Shown in pieces: positions 1 to 11,964 of a stretch of DNA of 64,000 bases. The position numbers and the translations under genes were made by a program. The DNA is taken from the NCBI GenBank assembly GCA_963702205.1, contig OY969724.1:3072001-3136000 (forward strand), read 5' to 3'. Position 1 is the first letter of the stretch. Every line of letters begins with the position of its first letter. The notes under the pieces were generated by a model. That model was not told the DNA's origin. It ran no database searches and saw only the letters and a list, made by a program, of their open reading frames with translations. This DNA is from an uncultured candidate division Zixibacteria bacterium. GTDB lineage: Bacteria; Zixibacteria; MSB-5A5; GN15; PGXB01.

Positions 1-20
1 CCTGCCGGTTGTCACGGTGT

Positions 21-312
21 GCGTTGTGATCGGCGGGTCCTCAGACCCGTTGCCTACCCGGTCGATCTGAGGATCGACCGGGCACAACGCTGGGACCTGT
101 CCATCTGCTAATTCAATGATTTTATGAGCGGCACATGTCCACATGTGCTCAAGCGCTTGGATATGTCCCTGGGCAGACGAGGGCGTCTGCCGCTCACCAG
201 GCGCGGGTATGACATATTGTTCAGGACAAGAAAAGATGTCACGCCGCCCTTCACCTCGTTCACTTCGCTGGCTCAGCGCAGGCAGGGCACTCGGCGAGTC
301 GGCGTGACCTAC
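21..312. repeat. Cluster of REP-like palindromes
   Basis: Inverted pair 21-52/57-90 (CCCGGTCGATC-TGAG-GATCGACCGGGCACAACGC); GCGGCACATGTCCACATGTGC at 128-148; GGGCAGACGAGGGCGTCTGCCGCTCAC at 171-197. The same motifs recur at 11.1, 27 and 58.7 kb. Confidence 0.75.
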
Positions 313-389
313 AAAATATTGCGTACAACATACGCGAATAAAGCAAGATTCGGGTGGAAGGACCACTAACTCGTATATATATTGGCGGC

Positions 390-1265
390 ATGAAAAGAAA
401 CGATCTGACACAAGCGGCCGAAGATTACCAGAGAATCGAAAAGGCCATAGAGTTTATCGAGAAAAACCATCTCGAACACCCGTCGCTGGATGAAATCGCA
501 TCGGCGGTATTCGTCAGCAAGTACCACTTCGAGCGGCTGTTCAAGCGCTGGGCCGGAATCAGCCCCATACAGTTCCTGCACTCCCTTACGCTCGACTATG
601 CCAAACAAAGACTGGCCGATTCCGCGAATATACTCGACGCCACCTACGACTCCGGTCTTTCCGGGCCGGGCCGTCTGCACGATCTATTCGTAACTTTTGA
701 CGCCGTCACGCCGGGAGAGTACAAAAAACTCGGTGACGGATTAAAAATCGAATATGGTTTCCACGCGACTCCGTTCGGCGAGTGCTTGATAGCCATGACC
801 GACCGGGGTATCTGTCACTTTTCATTCATCGACGGCAACAAGAAAGCCGGTGCCTTGCAGTCTCTCAAACGCGCCTGGCCCAAAGCGGAACTAATCGAAA
901 ACGATAATCGTACTGGTACGGCGGTCACCAACATATTTTCAGAAACACGAAACAATAATTCGCGGCCGTTTCATCTGTTTCTTAAGGGTACTAATTTCCA
1001 GGTCAAAGTCTGGCAAGCCTTGCTGGCTGTACCGCAGGGAGGTATGGCGAGCTATCACGACATTGCACGGTACATCGGCAAACCAGACTCGTATCGGGCC
1101 GTGGCCGGGGCCATTGCCAATAATCCGATCGCGTATCTCATCCCCTGTCACCGGGTGATAAAGAAATCCGGCGAGATTCATAACTATCATTGGGGCGCGG
1201 CGCGCAAAAAAGCGATTCTGGGCTGGGAGTCCGCTTCGGTCGGAGCAATTTCGGCTGTCCGATAA
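390..1265 (+). CDS. ada: AraC-HTH / methylated-DNA-protein-cysteine methyltransferase (Ada-like, no N-terminal Zn domain)
   Basis: AraC-type HTH region followed by the GTNFQVKVW and IPCHRV motifs; ATG at 390 preferred over the upstream GTG. Confidence 0.85.
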   Translation: MKRNDLTQAAEDYQRIEKAIEFIEKNHLEHPSLDEIASAVFVSKYHFERLFKRWAGISPIQFLHSLTLDYAKQRLADSANILDATYDSGLSGPGRLHDLFVTFDAVTPGEYKKLGDGLKIEYGFHATPFGECLIAMTDRGICHFSFIDGNKKAGALQSLKRAWPKAELIENDNRTGTAVTNIFSETRNNNSRPFHLFLKGTNFQVKVWQALLAVPQGGMASYHDIARYIGKPDSYRAVAGAIANNPIAYLIPCHRVIKKSGEIHNYHWGAARKKAILGWESASVGAISAVR

Positions 1266-1377
1266 ATGTCGGACCCGGGTGCCCGATATTTTTTATTTGA
1301 CACCACCGGAATCCCGGAGCTACATTTCTTCTGATCGATCTGAAATGCCACAAATAATTGTCAGAGGGAGTGTCGTT

Positions 1378-1730
1378 ATGGAAGAACAAGATTTAATCAG
1401 GGAAATCAGCCTGCCGATATTTCAGTCGAAAACGTGGCTGAAGCTTCTGGGCGTCGTCATGATAATTCAGGGAATCATCACGGCTTTCACTATCATCGGC
1501 ATAGTAATCTGCTGGCTTCCGATCTGGCTTGGGGTGCTGTTATTTCAGGCCGCCGGCGCGGTCGAGGGCGCTCAGTTGAATGGCAGCAAGGTGCACCTGA
1601 TGATGGCCTGTCGAAAATACGTATGTACTTCATGATCAACGGCGTCCTGATGCTCATCCTGATCATATTCGTACTGATTGGAATCCTGATTTCCGGCGGC
1701 ACGATGCTGTCCTTGATGCACAATATGTAA
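1378..1730 (+). pseudogene. DUF5362-like small membrane protein, frameshifted near 1605
   Basis: One frame gives MEEQDL...WLKLLGV...WLPIWLGVLLFQAA and a second continues LSKIRMYFMINGV. One missing base (for example GCC[C]TG) joins them; may be a sequencing error. Confidence 0.65.
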
Positions 1731-1762
1731 AAAAAGCCGGGAGTGTTATGCTCCCGACAAAA
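1729..1762 (-). terminator. Intrinsic terminator downstream of ahcY
   Basis: CGGGAG/CTCCCG stem with an A-run on the + strand (U-tract on the minus strand), between convergent genes. Confidence 0.55.
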
Positions 1763-1773
1763 ATATATGCGTA

Positions 1774-4205
<2,432 letters not shown>

Positions 4206-4228
4206 CTATGGCTCCTTTGATAGAATTC

Positions 4229-5212
4229 TTAGCGGCTAATGCCGGATGATTCACCCAGATTCAACTGGCGGTAATTGCCCCGCACTTTGACATTTTCGCC
4301 AATCAGCGACGATTCCAGAAGGCTGTCTTCGACCACCGCCTGCTCGAATATAATCGAATCCGTCACGATCGACTTGACAATCTTCGCCCCGGCCGAAACG
4401 GACACGTGGGGACCTATGATCGATTGGACCACCTCGGCCGATGTATCTATGTATACGGGCGGGATAATTATCGAACCGGGATAGTCTTTATATTCATTCA
4501 TTTCTTCGAGCAAAAAGCGATTGGTTTCGAGCATCGTCTCGACCTTGCCGCAATCGAGCCAGGCGGAGACTTCACACGGCGAAAATTTCGTCCCAGATTG
4601 AAGCATGTAGTCGAGTGCATCGGTCAGTTGAATTTCCCCGCTGGTGCGTTTGTCCAGTTCAACCACCTTGTTCAACTGCTTGCGCAGAAGCTCGGAATTT
4701 TCAAAATAGTACAGTCCGATAATCGCGAGACTCGATTTCGGATGCTGCGGTTTTTCCTCGAACGCGACTATATGATCGCCGTCGATGTTGGCAACCCCGA
4801 ACCGGCGTGGATCGTCGACTCTCTGCAGGCCGATTACATTCGACCCGGTCTTGACGAATTTTTCGTAATCGGTCCGGGCGATGGTATCACCCAAAACGAT
4901 CAAGAGCGGTCCCTTTTTAATATGTCCCAAAGCGAGGTTGACGGCATAGCCGAGGCCAAGCAGGTCTTTTTGCTCGATAAATGTGGCTTTGAAGCTATAA
5001 TTGGCCTCCACATATGCCTGTATCTGCTCACCCAAATAGCCGATTACAAAGCATATTTCCGACGGATTCAGGACCAGAAGCTGGTCTAAGACGTGGGCTA
5101 TCATCGGCTTACCGGCCACCGGCAAGAGTGATTTGGGCTGAGTATATGTATGTGGCCGAAGTCTGGTTCCGGCGCCCGCAACGGGTATGATTATTTTCAG
5201 ATCATCCGACAT
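4229..5212 (-). CDS. Sugar-phosphate nucleotidyltransferase (glucose-1-P thymidylyltransferase long-form-like)
   Basis: AGAGTRLRPHT, EEKP and WLDCG motifs; C-terminal left-handed beta-helix repeats. Confidence 0.85.
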   Translation of the reverse strand: MSDDLKIIIPVAGAGTRLRPHTYTQPKSLLPVAGKPMIAHVLDQLLVLNPSEICFVIGYLGEQIQAYVEANYSFKATFIEQKDLLGLGYAVNLALGHIKKGPLLIVLGDTIARTDYEKFVKTGSNVIGLQRVDDPRRFGVANIDGDHIVAFEEKPQHPKSSLAIIGLYYFENSELLRKQLNKVVELDKRTSGEIQLTDALDYMLQSGTKFSPCEVSAWLDCGKVETMLETNRFLLEEMNEYKDYPGSIIIPPVYIDTSAEVVQSIIGPHVSVSAGAKIVKSIVTDSIIFEQAVVEDSLLESSLIGENVKVRGNYRQLNLGESSGISR

Positions 5213-5328
5213 TTCTACAGCAATATATGCCTGAATTCAGGCAAAAAACAATCAATTTATGAAGAATTATAAGTTGTTACTTCAATTGTAGTTATACGCA
5301 GGGATTGTTTGGAGAATTGGACTCGACA

Positions 5329-5979
5329 TTAAAATAACGATAAAAGGCTGTGGCCCCAATTATAATAAAGAAACTCGACCCGGCCGATCAAAAGCGAAAT
5401 GCGGCCCATGACGGTATATCCGAAATGTGCTCCGAACGCTATCATGATAAACCAGATGCCCAGTTTAGCGGTCATGCCCATCAGCCCGGTATGTTCTTTT
5501 GAGAAGTAAAAATAAATCAGGGTCGAGATAACGCCGACGATAACTATCAATGCCAAAATCGTAGATGCTATGCCGCCGTCACCGTTCAGTGGAATCATGG
5601 TCGCCAATACTTGAGGAATCGCTTTACCGTGTAATTCAGTAATAATAAAGATTCCGGCAGTATTTCCCATCACGAAGGCCAGCGAAACCCGGCTTATCCA
5701 TGAATAATTGCTGCTCAGGCGCGTGAACATGAGAAGGCCCAGAAATCCGGGAAAAACCAGCCACCACTGCCCCAGATCGAATATCGGATTAATCAGCTGC
5801 TGCAAGAATATGCTTTGCCAGACCAGGCCGATATAATATCCGGCCGATAGTCCGGCGAAGACGTGCTCGGAAAATTTATAAAATCTATTGTCTTTGTACA
5901 GAAATGAAAACAGGGATAGAATCAGATACGCTTTCAGCCAGATTTGGAAATGATCCACGAACGTCATTGTTTCCATCAC
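5329..5979 (-). CDS. Hypothetical polytopic membrane protein (gene 4 of membrane cluster)
   Basis: About six hydrophobic segments; overlaps the upstream gene by ATGA. Confidence 0.8.
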   Translation of the reverse strand: MMETMTFVDHFQIWLKAYLILSLFSFLYKDNRFYKFSEHVFAGLSAGYYIGLVWQSIFLQQLINPIFDLGQWWLVFPGFLGLLMFTRLSSNYSWISRVSLAFVMGNTAGIFIITELHGKAIPQVLATMIPLNGDGGIASTILALIVIVGVISTLIYFYFSKEHTGLMGMTAKLGIWFIMIAFGAHFGYTVMGRISLLIGRVEFLYYNWGHSLLSLF

Positions 5980-6812
5980 GTTGTCTTCCTGTTATTGCGA
6001 CGGGACACGAAATAGCCGATATTGCCGATCACCACGAATAACATAATCACCAAATGTACCAGCGATTGGGAATTCATTCCGCGTGTCGCCGCACCGGGAA
6101 TACCGAGTTGTATTTCGTACTCGGCGGCGCCCTTCATGCCGCCCAGAAGGCCGGTCAATTGTTTCGACTCAACGTAGGCGTACATTTTGGGAGCCATAAC
6201 CGAAGTCACTCCGCCGCCAACCGGAACGCCGTACTGAGCGTTGACGATTGAAATCCAATAATCAAGAGTGGCATTGTCCGCGACAACGAATATGAATTTG
6301 ATGTCGTCGTAGTTTTTGACTTTTTTCATCAGCGGCAGATCGCTTAATAGATGACCGGTATTGTCGTAGGGGAATATTCTCTCGATCGACCCGGCCAATC
6401 CCTGCATGACGGCGACATAGCCATATTTATAGCCCAGATTGACAAAATCAACACCGTACACCTTGTTATATTCTTTTGCAATTTCCCGGGTGACTCTTTC
6501 GGCGATCGATGGGCCGCCCAGAGGTATATTGGAAATAGTAATAACTTTCATATTCTTCTTGAACATATGCCGTAAGGCGGCAATCGACATCGGTTCGGTT
6601 TCGGCCAGGGTCGACGGGTAATAGTCGAAGGTCAGCATGACGACGCTGCTGTCGGGCAACCTATCGATGGCGTTGAACAGCTGTCGCGATTCCGGGGTCA
6701 GTCTTACCGGAAATTGCATAGTTATAATCATGGGAAAGAGCACGGCGCATCCAACCAGCAGATAAATCCAGCGCCGGTCGATATTTTGCAATTTATCCCA
6801 GAAGGTCGGCAT
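5976..6812 (-). CDS. Hypothetical protein with terminal TM helices and a central alpha/beta domain (gene 3)
   Basis: 278-aa ORF with hydrophobic ends and GLLGGMKGAAEYE; tightly coupled to both neighbours. Confidence 0.8.
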   Translation of the reverse strand: MPTFWDKLQNIDRRWIYLLVGCAVLFPMIITMQFPVRLTPESRQLFNAIDRLPDSSVVMLTFDYYPSTLAETEPMSIAALRHMFKKNMKVITISNIPLGGPSIAERVTREIAKEYNKVYGVDFVNLGYKYGYVAVMQGLAGSIERIFPYDNTGHLLSDLPLMKKVKNYDDIKFIFVVADNATLDYWISIVNAQYGVPVGGGVTSVMAPKMYAYVESKQLTGLLGGMKGAAEYEIQLGIPGAATRGMNSQSLVHLVIMLFVVIGNIGYFVSRRNNRKTT

Positions 6813-6813
6813 A

Positions 6814-7515
6814 TCATCCTTTTCCCATATACGTGCGTTCTATGCCGAGAATTATGCGAAGCGACATCGAGGCCGCACCCAGCGTCGCACCGATTATGAT
6901 TCCCCGCTGCACCGCGACGTTGAAGCCGTTCATGACGTACATATTTATAAAACCGGGCAGACTGTCGCTGAACAGGCGCAGGAAAGCCTCACCCATCGGT
7001 ATGCGCCAGAGCATGACAATGGTCGCCGTAATCAGAAGGAGAGTCGCCTCGGCGTTGCGGGCTCGGAAGGCGCGGTACGCGGCCGATGCAATATAAAAGG
7101 CCAGCATAGCGAACATCGTTTCCATCATAGGTGAATCAAGGTTATTAAACAGTATATCATAGATGGATCCGGGCCCGGTGCCCATCATCGATTCCCAATG
7201 CGCTGGAAATATCGAATAGAAAATCTTGCCGCCGACGGTATTCTGCGATTTCGGGAGAATCGAGGGCAAAGCCATTGCCACGACGGATATAACTGTCGCC
7301 AGTTTGTACGGCCAGTCGCGTCCTCTTCTGGCTACGATTTTACCGTTTACCCTCAGAATACTATAAACGCCCAATGGCAGCGTAAAGCCGCCGACAATCG
7401 TCACCCACTGCAGAGCACTAAAATTTAAATCGCCAATTGCAGAACCGGCAAAAAAGGCGACGACCATGACCAGGCCGGACAAAAATGCAACTATGACAGG
7501 TACAGTTGTTCGCAT
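6814..7515 (-). CDS. Hypothetical polytopic membrane protein (gene 2)
   Basis: Multiple TM segments; LAFYIASAAYRAFRARN and LRIILGIER motifs. Confidence 0.8.
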   Translation of the reverse strand: MRTTVPVIVAFLSGLVMVVAFFAGSAIGDLNFSALQWVTIVGGFTLPLGVYSILRVNGKIVARRGRDWPYKLATVISVVAMALPSILPKSQNTVGGKIFYSIFPAHWESMMGTGPGSIYDILFNNLDSPMMETMFAMLAFYIASAAYRAFRARNAEATLLLITATIVMLWRIPMGEAFLRLFSDSLPGFINMYVMNGFNVAVQRGIIIGATLGAASMSLRIILGIERTYMGKG

Positions 7516-7520
7516 AGTAC

Positions 7521-8573
7521 TTATGGTATTCTAAACAAGGAAATAAACCAGTTACCTATTCCGAAGGTTGAAAATATCACTCCGATAATTATCGAAAAGA
7601 CCAATATCATTTTTATGAAATCCTGGCCTTTAAGACCGCCCAATAAAAGCGGTTCCCGGCTGAGATAGCTCGACGCGGCGTAAAGCTCTTCACCCATCAA
7701 AGTGTAATCGCAGGCTGCGATGAAAAACGGGAGCTGTTCCGGCTGGGCGGTTCCGGCAATTTGTATGGCACCGGCCGCATTGCCGGTTTCGGCCAATAAC
7801 AGAGATTCCGCAAAAAAGGCGCCCATATAGATGTTGGCGGCCGGTCTCTCGCGCATCATCCACCCGTTGACGGTCGCGGTGAAAGCGAACTGCTCCCCGG
7901 CGACATATTTCACGATATCGCGGTCATAAGAATCGTGGTGGCCGACTTCTATATAAGACTGCTCAACCACTTCCTGCCCCGCAGCCATAATCATCGGATA
8001 GCGGACCGGCACCGACAGCGGAGTATCGTACGTCGCCGTAATTTTTGCCACCCGGCCCAGAATAGACAGCCCGGCCAGAGTTTCGATTTCATCGATATCC
8101 GATATACCGGGGACAAACAGGACCGGTTTGCCCATCTCGGTGGCGCGCCCGACAGCTTCTTCGACTGCTTCTATGCCAGGGATCTTACGCACAAACAGGT
8201 CTTTTCCCTTCCTTGCCCAGCGGGTATACAGCAATATTGCGGCGCAGAAGATAATTAAAAAGACCAGCATGGGAATTCGGTCGGTTCGGAAGAGTTTATT
8301 CCTTGCCAGTTGTTCTACCCCGGCAGCTGAAGAGTCGACCGCAGCTGCACCCAGTACGGAGTCCGCTACGGCGGCCGAGTCGATCTTAACGGAATCGACC
8401 ATGGCCGAATCGACGGAGGTTGAATTGGCAAATGATTGTGATGGAAAACAAAAGCAGGCGTATGTGAAGATTACGCCTGTTATGATTTTTAAAGTGGTGC
8501 GGAGATGTCGTCTTTTCACGGAGCTAAAATACTCAATTTCGAGGCGGCGGTCAACCGTTTTGATTGACGGCAC
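7521..8573 (-). CDS. DUF6754-like membrane protein (gene 1; start uncertain)
   Basis: VRKIPGIEAVEEAVGRATEMGKP, AESLLLAETG and QLPFFIAACDYTLMGEELYAAS motifs; low-complexity DSA-rich N-terminal linker. Confidence 0.7.
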   Translation of the reverse strand: MPSIKTVDRRLEIEYFSSVKRRHLRTTLKIITGVIFTYACFCFPSQSFANSTSVDSAMVDSVKIDSAAVADSVLGAAAVDSSAAGVEQLARNKLFRTDRIPMLVFLIIFCAAILLYTRWARKGKDLFVRKIPGIEAVEEAVGRATEMGKPVLFVPGISDIDEIETLAGLSILGRVAKITATYDTPLSVPVRYPMIMAAGQEVVEQSYIEVGHHDSYDRDIVKYVAGEQFAFTATVNGWMMRERPAANIYMGAFFAESLLLAETGNAAGAIQIAGTAQPEQLPFFIAACDYTLMGEELYAASSYLSREPLLLGGLKGQDFIKMILVFSIIIGVIFSTFGIGNWFISLFRIP

Positions 8574-8579
8574 TTTTCG

Positions 8580-9416
8580 TCATTTCAATTTCACGTTATC
8601 GATCAGCCGAACACCATGGACGCGCACGGCCAGGCTACAAACCGTACCCGGCGATATTTTCTCGAGCGGTTTCAGCGTTTCCGGATCGGTGAAGGCGATA
8701 TAATCAATTACGGCTGACGGGCAGATATGTAAAATCTCGTCTCGCATCCGGCTGTCGATTTCCCGAACGTCCTTTATGCCGCTGTTTTTGGCAAACATCA
8801 GGGCTTTGTAAAGACAGGCCGCCTGCGGCCTTTGTTCCGGGCCGAAATATTTATTGCGAGAGGACATCGCCAGCCCGTCTTTTTCGCGTTTGGTCGGAGC
8901 GATAACCATTTTGATCGGGTAATTGAGGTCGCGAACCATCTGCTTGAGCACCATCGCCTGCTGATAGTCTTTCATGCCGAATACCGCGACGTCGGGCCGG
9001 ACTATATTGAACAACTTGGCGACGATCGTTGTTACGCCGCGAAAGTGACCGGGGCGGATTTTGCCTTCAAGTGTCAGTGTTTTTTCGGATACTTCAACGT
9101 GAGTCTGGAAATCATCGGGGTAGATATCCTCAGCGGTCGGAATGAAAGCAATGTCTCCCCCGGCCTGCTCGATTTTCTGAACGTCGCCGTTTTCATCGCG
9201 CGGATATTTATCCAAATCTTCGTAGGGCGCGAATTGAGTCGGGTTGACGAATATCGATGTGACGACTATATCAGCGGATTTGAGAGCCTTTTTAATCAGC
9301 GAGAGGTGGCCCTCGTGCAAAAAACCCATGGTCGGCACCAGGCCGATTGTTTTGCCCTCGGCAGCGAGTTGCCGCGATACCGACTGCATTTTTTTAATGG
9401 TACGAATCACTTGCAC
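8580..9416 (-). CDS. panC: Pantoate-beta-alanine ligase
   Basis: VPTMGFLHEGH, FVNPTQF, RPGHFRGV, GLAMSSRN and RLIDN motifs. Confidence 0.97.
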   Translation of the reverse strand: MQVIRTIKKMQSVSRQLAAEGKTIGLVPTMGFLHEGHLSLIKKALKSADIVVTSIFVNPTQFAPYEDLDKYPRDENGDVQKIEQAGGDIAFIPTAEDIYPDDFQTHVEVSEKTLTLEGKIRPGHFRGVTTIVAKLFNIVRPDVAVFGMKDYQQAMVLKQMVRDLNYPIKMVIAPTKREKDGLAMSSRNKYFGPEQRPQAACLYKALMFAKNSGIKDVREIDSRMRDEILHICPSAVIDYIAFTDPETLKPLEKISPGTVCSLAVRVHGVRLIDNVKLK

Positions 9417-9421
9417 GGTAC

Positions 9422-10144
9422 TTAGTCCTTGATATATTTAAGCGCAAATTGGCCGTCCTCAAGCCGTACATAGCTGTAGTGCTCGATGAAATCGCCGGTA
9501 TTAAGATATCGGCCACCGTCCATTTCGATGTTATCGGGATGGTGCACGTGGCCGATTAATACGGCGTCAAAACCGTCCTTTAATTTCATACGGGCGTAAT
9601 TTTCGTAATCTTTAAGAAATTGCAGGGTGCGACCGGACGTGTGTCCGCGCGACGTGCTGGAAACGTACTTGGCCAGCGGTATCCCCCAGTCGGGCGGGAC
9701 GCGCTGGTACAGCCAGATGCAGACGCGATTTCTCAGGACCGAACGGAGGATGCGATATTTCCAGTCCGAGGGAGAGAGCCCGTCGCCGTGAATCAGGAAC
9801 ACCCGCTGTCCCTGTTTGGTGAATTCGTAATAATCGCGGTGGATAGTAATACCTGCTTCCCGGCTCAAAAACTCACCCAGCCAGAAATCGTGATTGCCGG
9901 AAATATAGTGCACCGGGATGCCTTTTTCGACCAGGGCGGACAAGCGAAAGATGATCTTAAGATGGTCTTTGGGGACGGCGTGCTTGTACTCGAACCAGAA
10001 ATCGAACAGGTCGCCGAGGATGAAGACCATCTCACCGTCGGATTCGATCTTTTCGAGAAGTTGGTAAAGCTTCTTTATCTTGATCTCTTCGCCGGCCTTA
10101 TCGGCCGCCCCGAGATGCACGTCCGAAAAAAAGTATATCGCCAT
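9422..10144 (-). CDS. lpxH: UDP-2,3-diacylglucosamine diphosphatase (LpxH-like metallophosphoesterase)
   Basis: SDVHLG, LGDLFDFW, GNHD, HGD and GHVH motifs. Confidence 0.8.
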   Translation of the reverse strand: MAIYFFSDVHLGAADKAGEEIKIKKLYQLLEKIESDGEMVFILGDLFDFWFEYKHAVPKDHLKIIFRLSALVEKGIPVHYISGNHDFWLGEFLSREAGITIHRDYYEFTKQGQRVFLIHGDGLSPSDWKYRILRSVLRNRVCIWLYQRVPPDWGIPLAKYVSSTSRGHTSGRTLQFLKDYENYARMKLKDGFDAVLIGHVHHPDNIEMDGGRYLNTGDFIEHYSYVRLEDGQFALKYIKD

Positions 10145-10231
10145 GATGGCAGATTATAATCATTTTGGGGTTAAAAGTAAATTAAAGAGATTCTTGTTGC
10201 TTTTGGACGTTTAGAAAGTGAAATTTATGAT

Positions 10232-11047
10232 ATGACCGATCAGTCGTTCATATATGGATCGTTCGGGAATACCGGGATGGGCGTGCATCGGCTGGGGCTT
10301 TCGGCCACACACCGACCCGGCAAGAAAACCATATATAAAGCGCTCGACGAGGGCGTCAATTTTTTCTTCTGCTATGGTTTCGATACGCACATGACCAAAG
10401 TTTTGAAAGACGTTTTCAAGACCCGACGAGATCAGCTGGTGGTCGCGACCGGCGCGTATAACATGCCGGTCTGGCATCCCGACGTGAGCAAGTCGTTCGA
10501 GAAGCGGCTGAAGCAATTGGGGACCGATTATATCGACGTTTTCCTGTTTCTGGGCGTCATGAAACCGAAGCAGTTTACGCCAAAAGCCTATGACGCTCTG
10601 CTCAAGCTCAAGGAAGAAGACAAAGTGCGGTGTGTCGGGATTTCCTGCCACAACCGTCAATTTCTGGGACGGCTGGCCGAGGCCGGGGATATCAATGCCT
10701 TAATGATGCGCTACAACGCCGCCCACCGGGGCGCGGAAGAAGACATCTTCCCGCATTTATCAAAGCACAATCCCGGTGTCATAAGTTATACCGCGACCCG
10801 CTGGGGATATCTGTTGCGACGGCCTAAAAATTATCCCAAAGACGCACCGATCCCGACCGCCGGACAGTGCTATCGGTTTGTGCTGCAAAATCCGAATGTC
10901 GACGTCTGTCTCACGGCCCCGAGCAATGAAAAGCAGTTGATGGAGAATCTCCGCGCCTTGGAGGATGGACCGCTCTCACAAGAAGAGAATGAATTCATCA
11001 AGGAGTTCGGTGATATGATTCATTATAAGATAGGTTTCCCGGATTAA
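10232..11047 (+). CDS. Aldo/keto reductase family protein
   Basis: LKQLGTDYID and GISCH motifs; AKR-like layout. Confidence 0.8.
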   Translation: MTDQSFIYGSFGNTGMGVHRLGLSATHRPGKKTIYKALDEGVNFFFCYGFDTHMTKVLKDVFKTRRDQLVVATGAYNMPVWHPDVSKSFEKRLKQLGTDYIDVFLFLGVMKPKQFTPKAYDALLKLKEEDKVRCVGISCHNRQFLGRLAEAGDINALMMRYNAAHRGAEEDIFPHLSKHNPGVISYTATRWGYLLRRPKNYPKDAPIPTAGQCYRFVLQNPNVDVCLTAPSNEKQLMENLRALEDGPLSQEENEFIKEFGDMIHYKIGFPD

Positions 11048-11055
11048 AAAAAACC

Positions 11056-11258
11056 GTCGGGAAAGGGTTCCTGACGGCGCATTAAAAGGGTTACTTAACG
11101 GCGCATTAAATCCAACCTATGCGCGCTTCAAACGTAATAGCAAAACATCCTAAATTGTGCGCGGCACATGTCCACATGTGCCCGAGCGTTAGAAAAAGAA
11201 GTCACCCCGCCCTTTAAAAGGTTTAGGACCTTCGGCAAGGCTCTGACCTACTAAGACT
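11056..11258. repeat. REP-like palindrome cluster between convergent genes
   Basis: GTCGGGAAAGGGTTCCTGACGGCGC (near-copy at about 27841); GTGCGCGGCACATGTCCACATGTGCCCGAGCG at 11157-11188; TGACCTACTAAGACT (also at about 27659). Confidence 0.7.
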
Positions 11259-11942
11259 CTAAATACCCAAATATTTTTTAATCTGCATGGTGTGTACGCG
11301 CTCGTGCCAGACGGCTCTTCTGAGAAGCTTGCGCGGTGACCAGTATTCTTTTGAGCGGCAGGTTTGCTGGTCGCTCCCAACGATGCGCGGAAGATTTTCA
11401 AGAGTAAAATTGCGAATTGTATCCAGCAGTTTGAATATATCATCATCCGGGCGCTGTTCGCGCGGGAAAGCCAGATTCAACCTGTCCCAGTACCACCATT
11501 CGGCGGTGCCGATATGTTTCACGATATGCCTGATATCCCCCTGCACTTCACCGTCGATAGGTCGGTCGAGGACTTCATCGGACAGGTTGGAAATGACGTT
11601 GAGCAGGTCCTTGCGGTTCAAGTCGAAAATGGTTTCGGCGTAGACAAGATCGGATTTAGCGAGCGGGATTTTATCGCTTTCGAAGAAAGCATTGACGATG
11701 TAATCCGGGGAGCTTTTAAATGACTGGTACTCTTCGGCGATTTTTATTGTATATGGTGATTGATGTGCGCTGGTATCGACCATGGTGTCATTCAACCGCG
11801 AGCGCATTTCTTCGATAGCCGAGGTGACACCGTTGAGAGCATCCTGTCGCGCGCGACCGCGCGAGCAACATCCCGGCCATTCGAAGACAAAGGCCACCCA
11901 GTTGTTGGGTTCCACGTCTTCGATGCCTATATGATATTCCAC
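11259..11942 (-). CDS. HicB-like N-terminal domain fused to DinB-like domain
   Basis: N-terminal WVAFVFEWPGCCSRG; C-terminal HIGTAEWWY and LRRAVWHERVH with DinB-type His triad. Confidence 0.6.
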   Translation of the reverse strand: MEYHIGIEDVEPNNWVAFVFEWPGCCSRGRARQDALNGVTSAIEEMRSRLNDTMVDTSAHQSPYTIKIAEEYQSFKSSPDYIVNAFFESDKIPLAKSDLVYAETIFDLNRKDLLNVISNLSDEVLDRPIDGEVQGDIRHIVKHIGTAEWWYWDRLNLAFPREQRPDDDIFKLLDTIRNFTLENLPRIVGSDQQTCRSKEYWSPRKLLRRAVWHERVHTMQIKKYLGI

Positions 11943-11964
11943 GTCTCCCCCTTCGGTTTTGAGA

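Noticed and set aside
5213..5328. SAM or SAH riboswitch upstream of the nucleotidyltransferase-metK-ahcY operon
   Set aside because: Short AT-rich spacer with no recognisable aptamer consensus.
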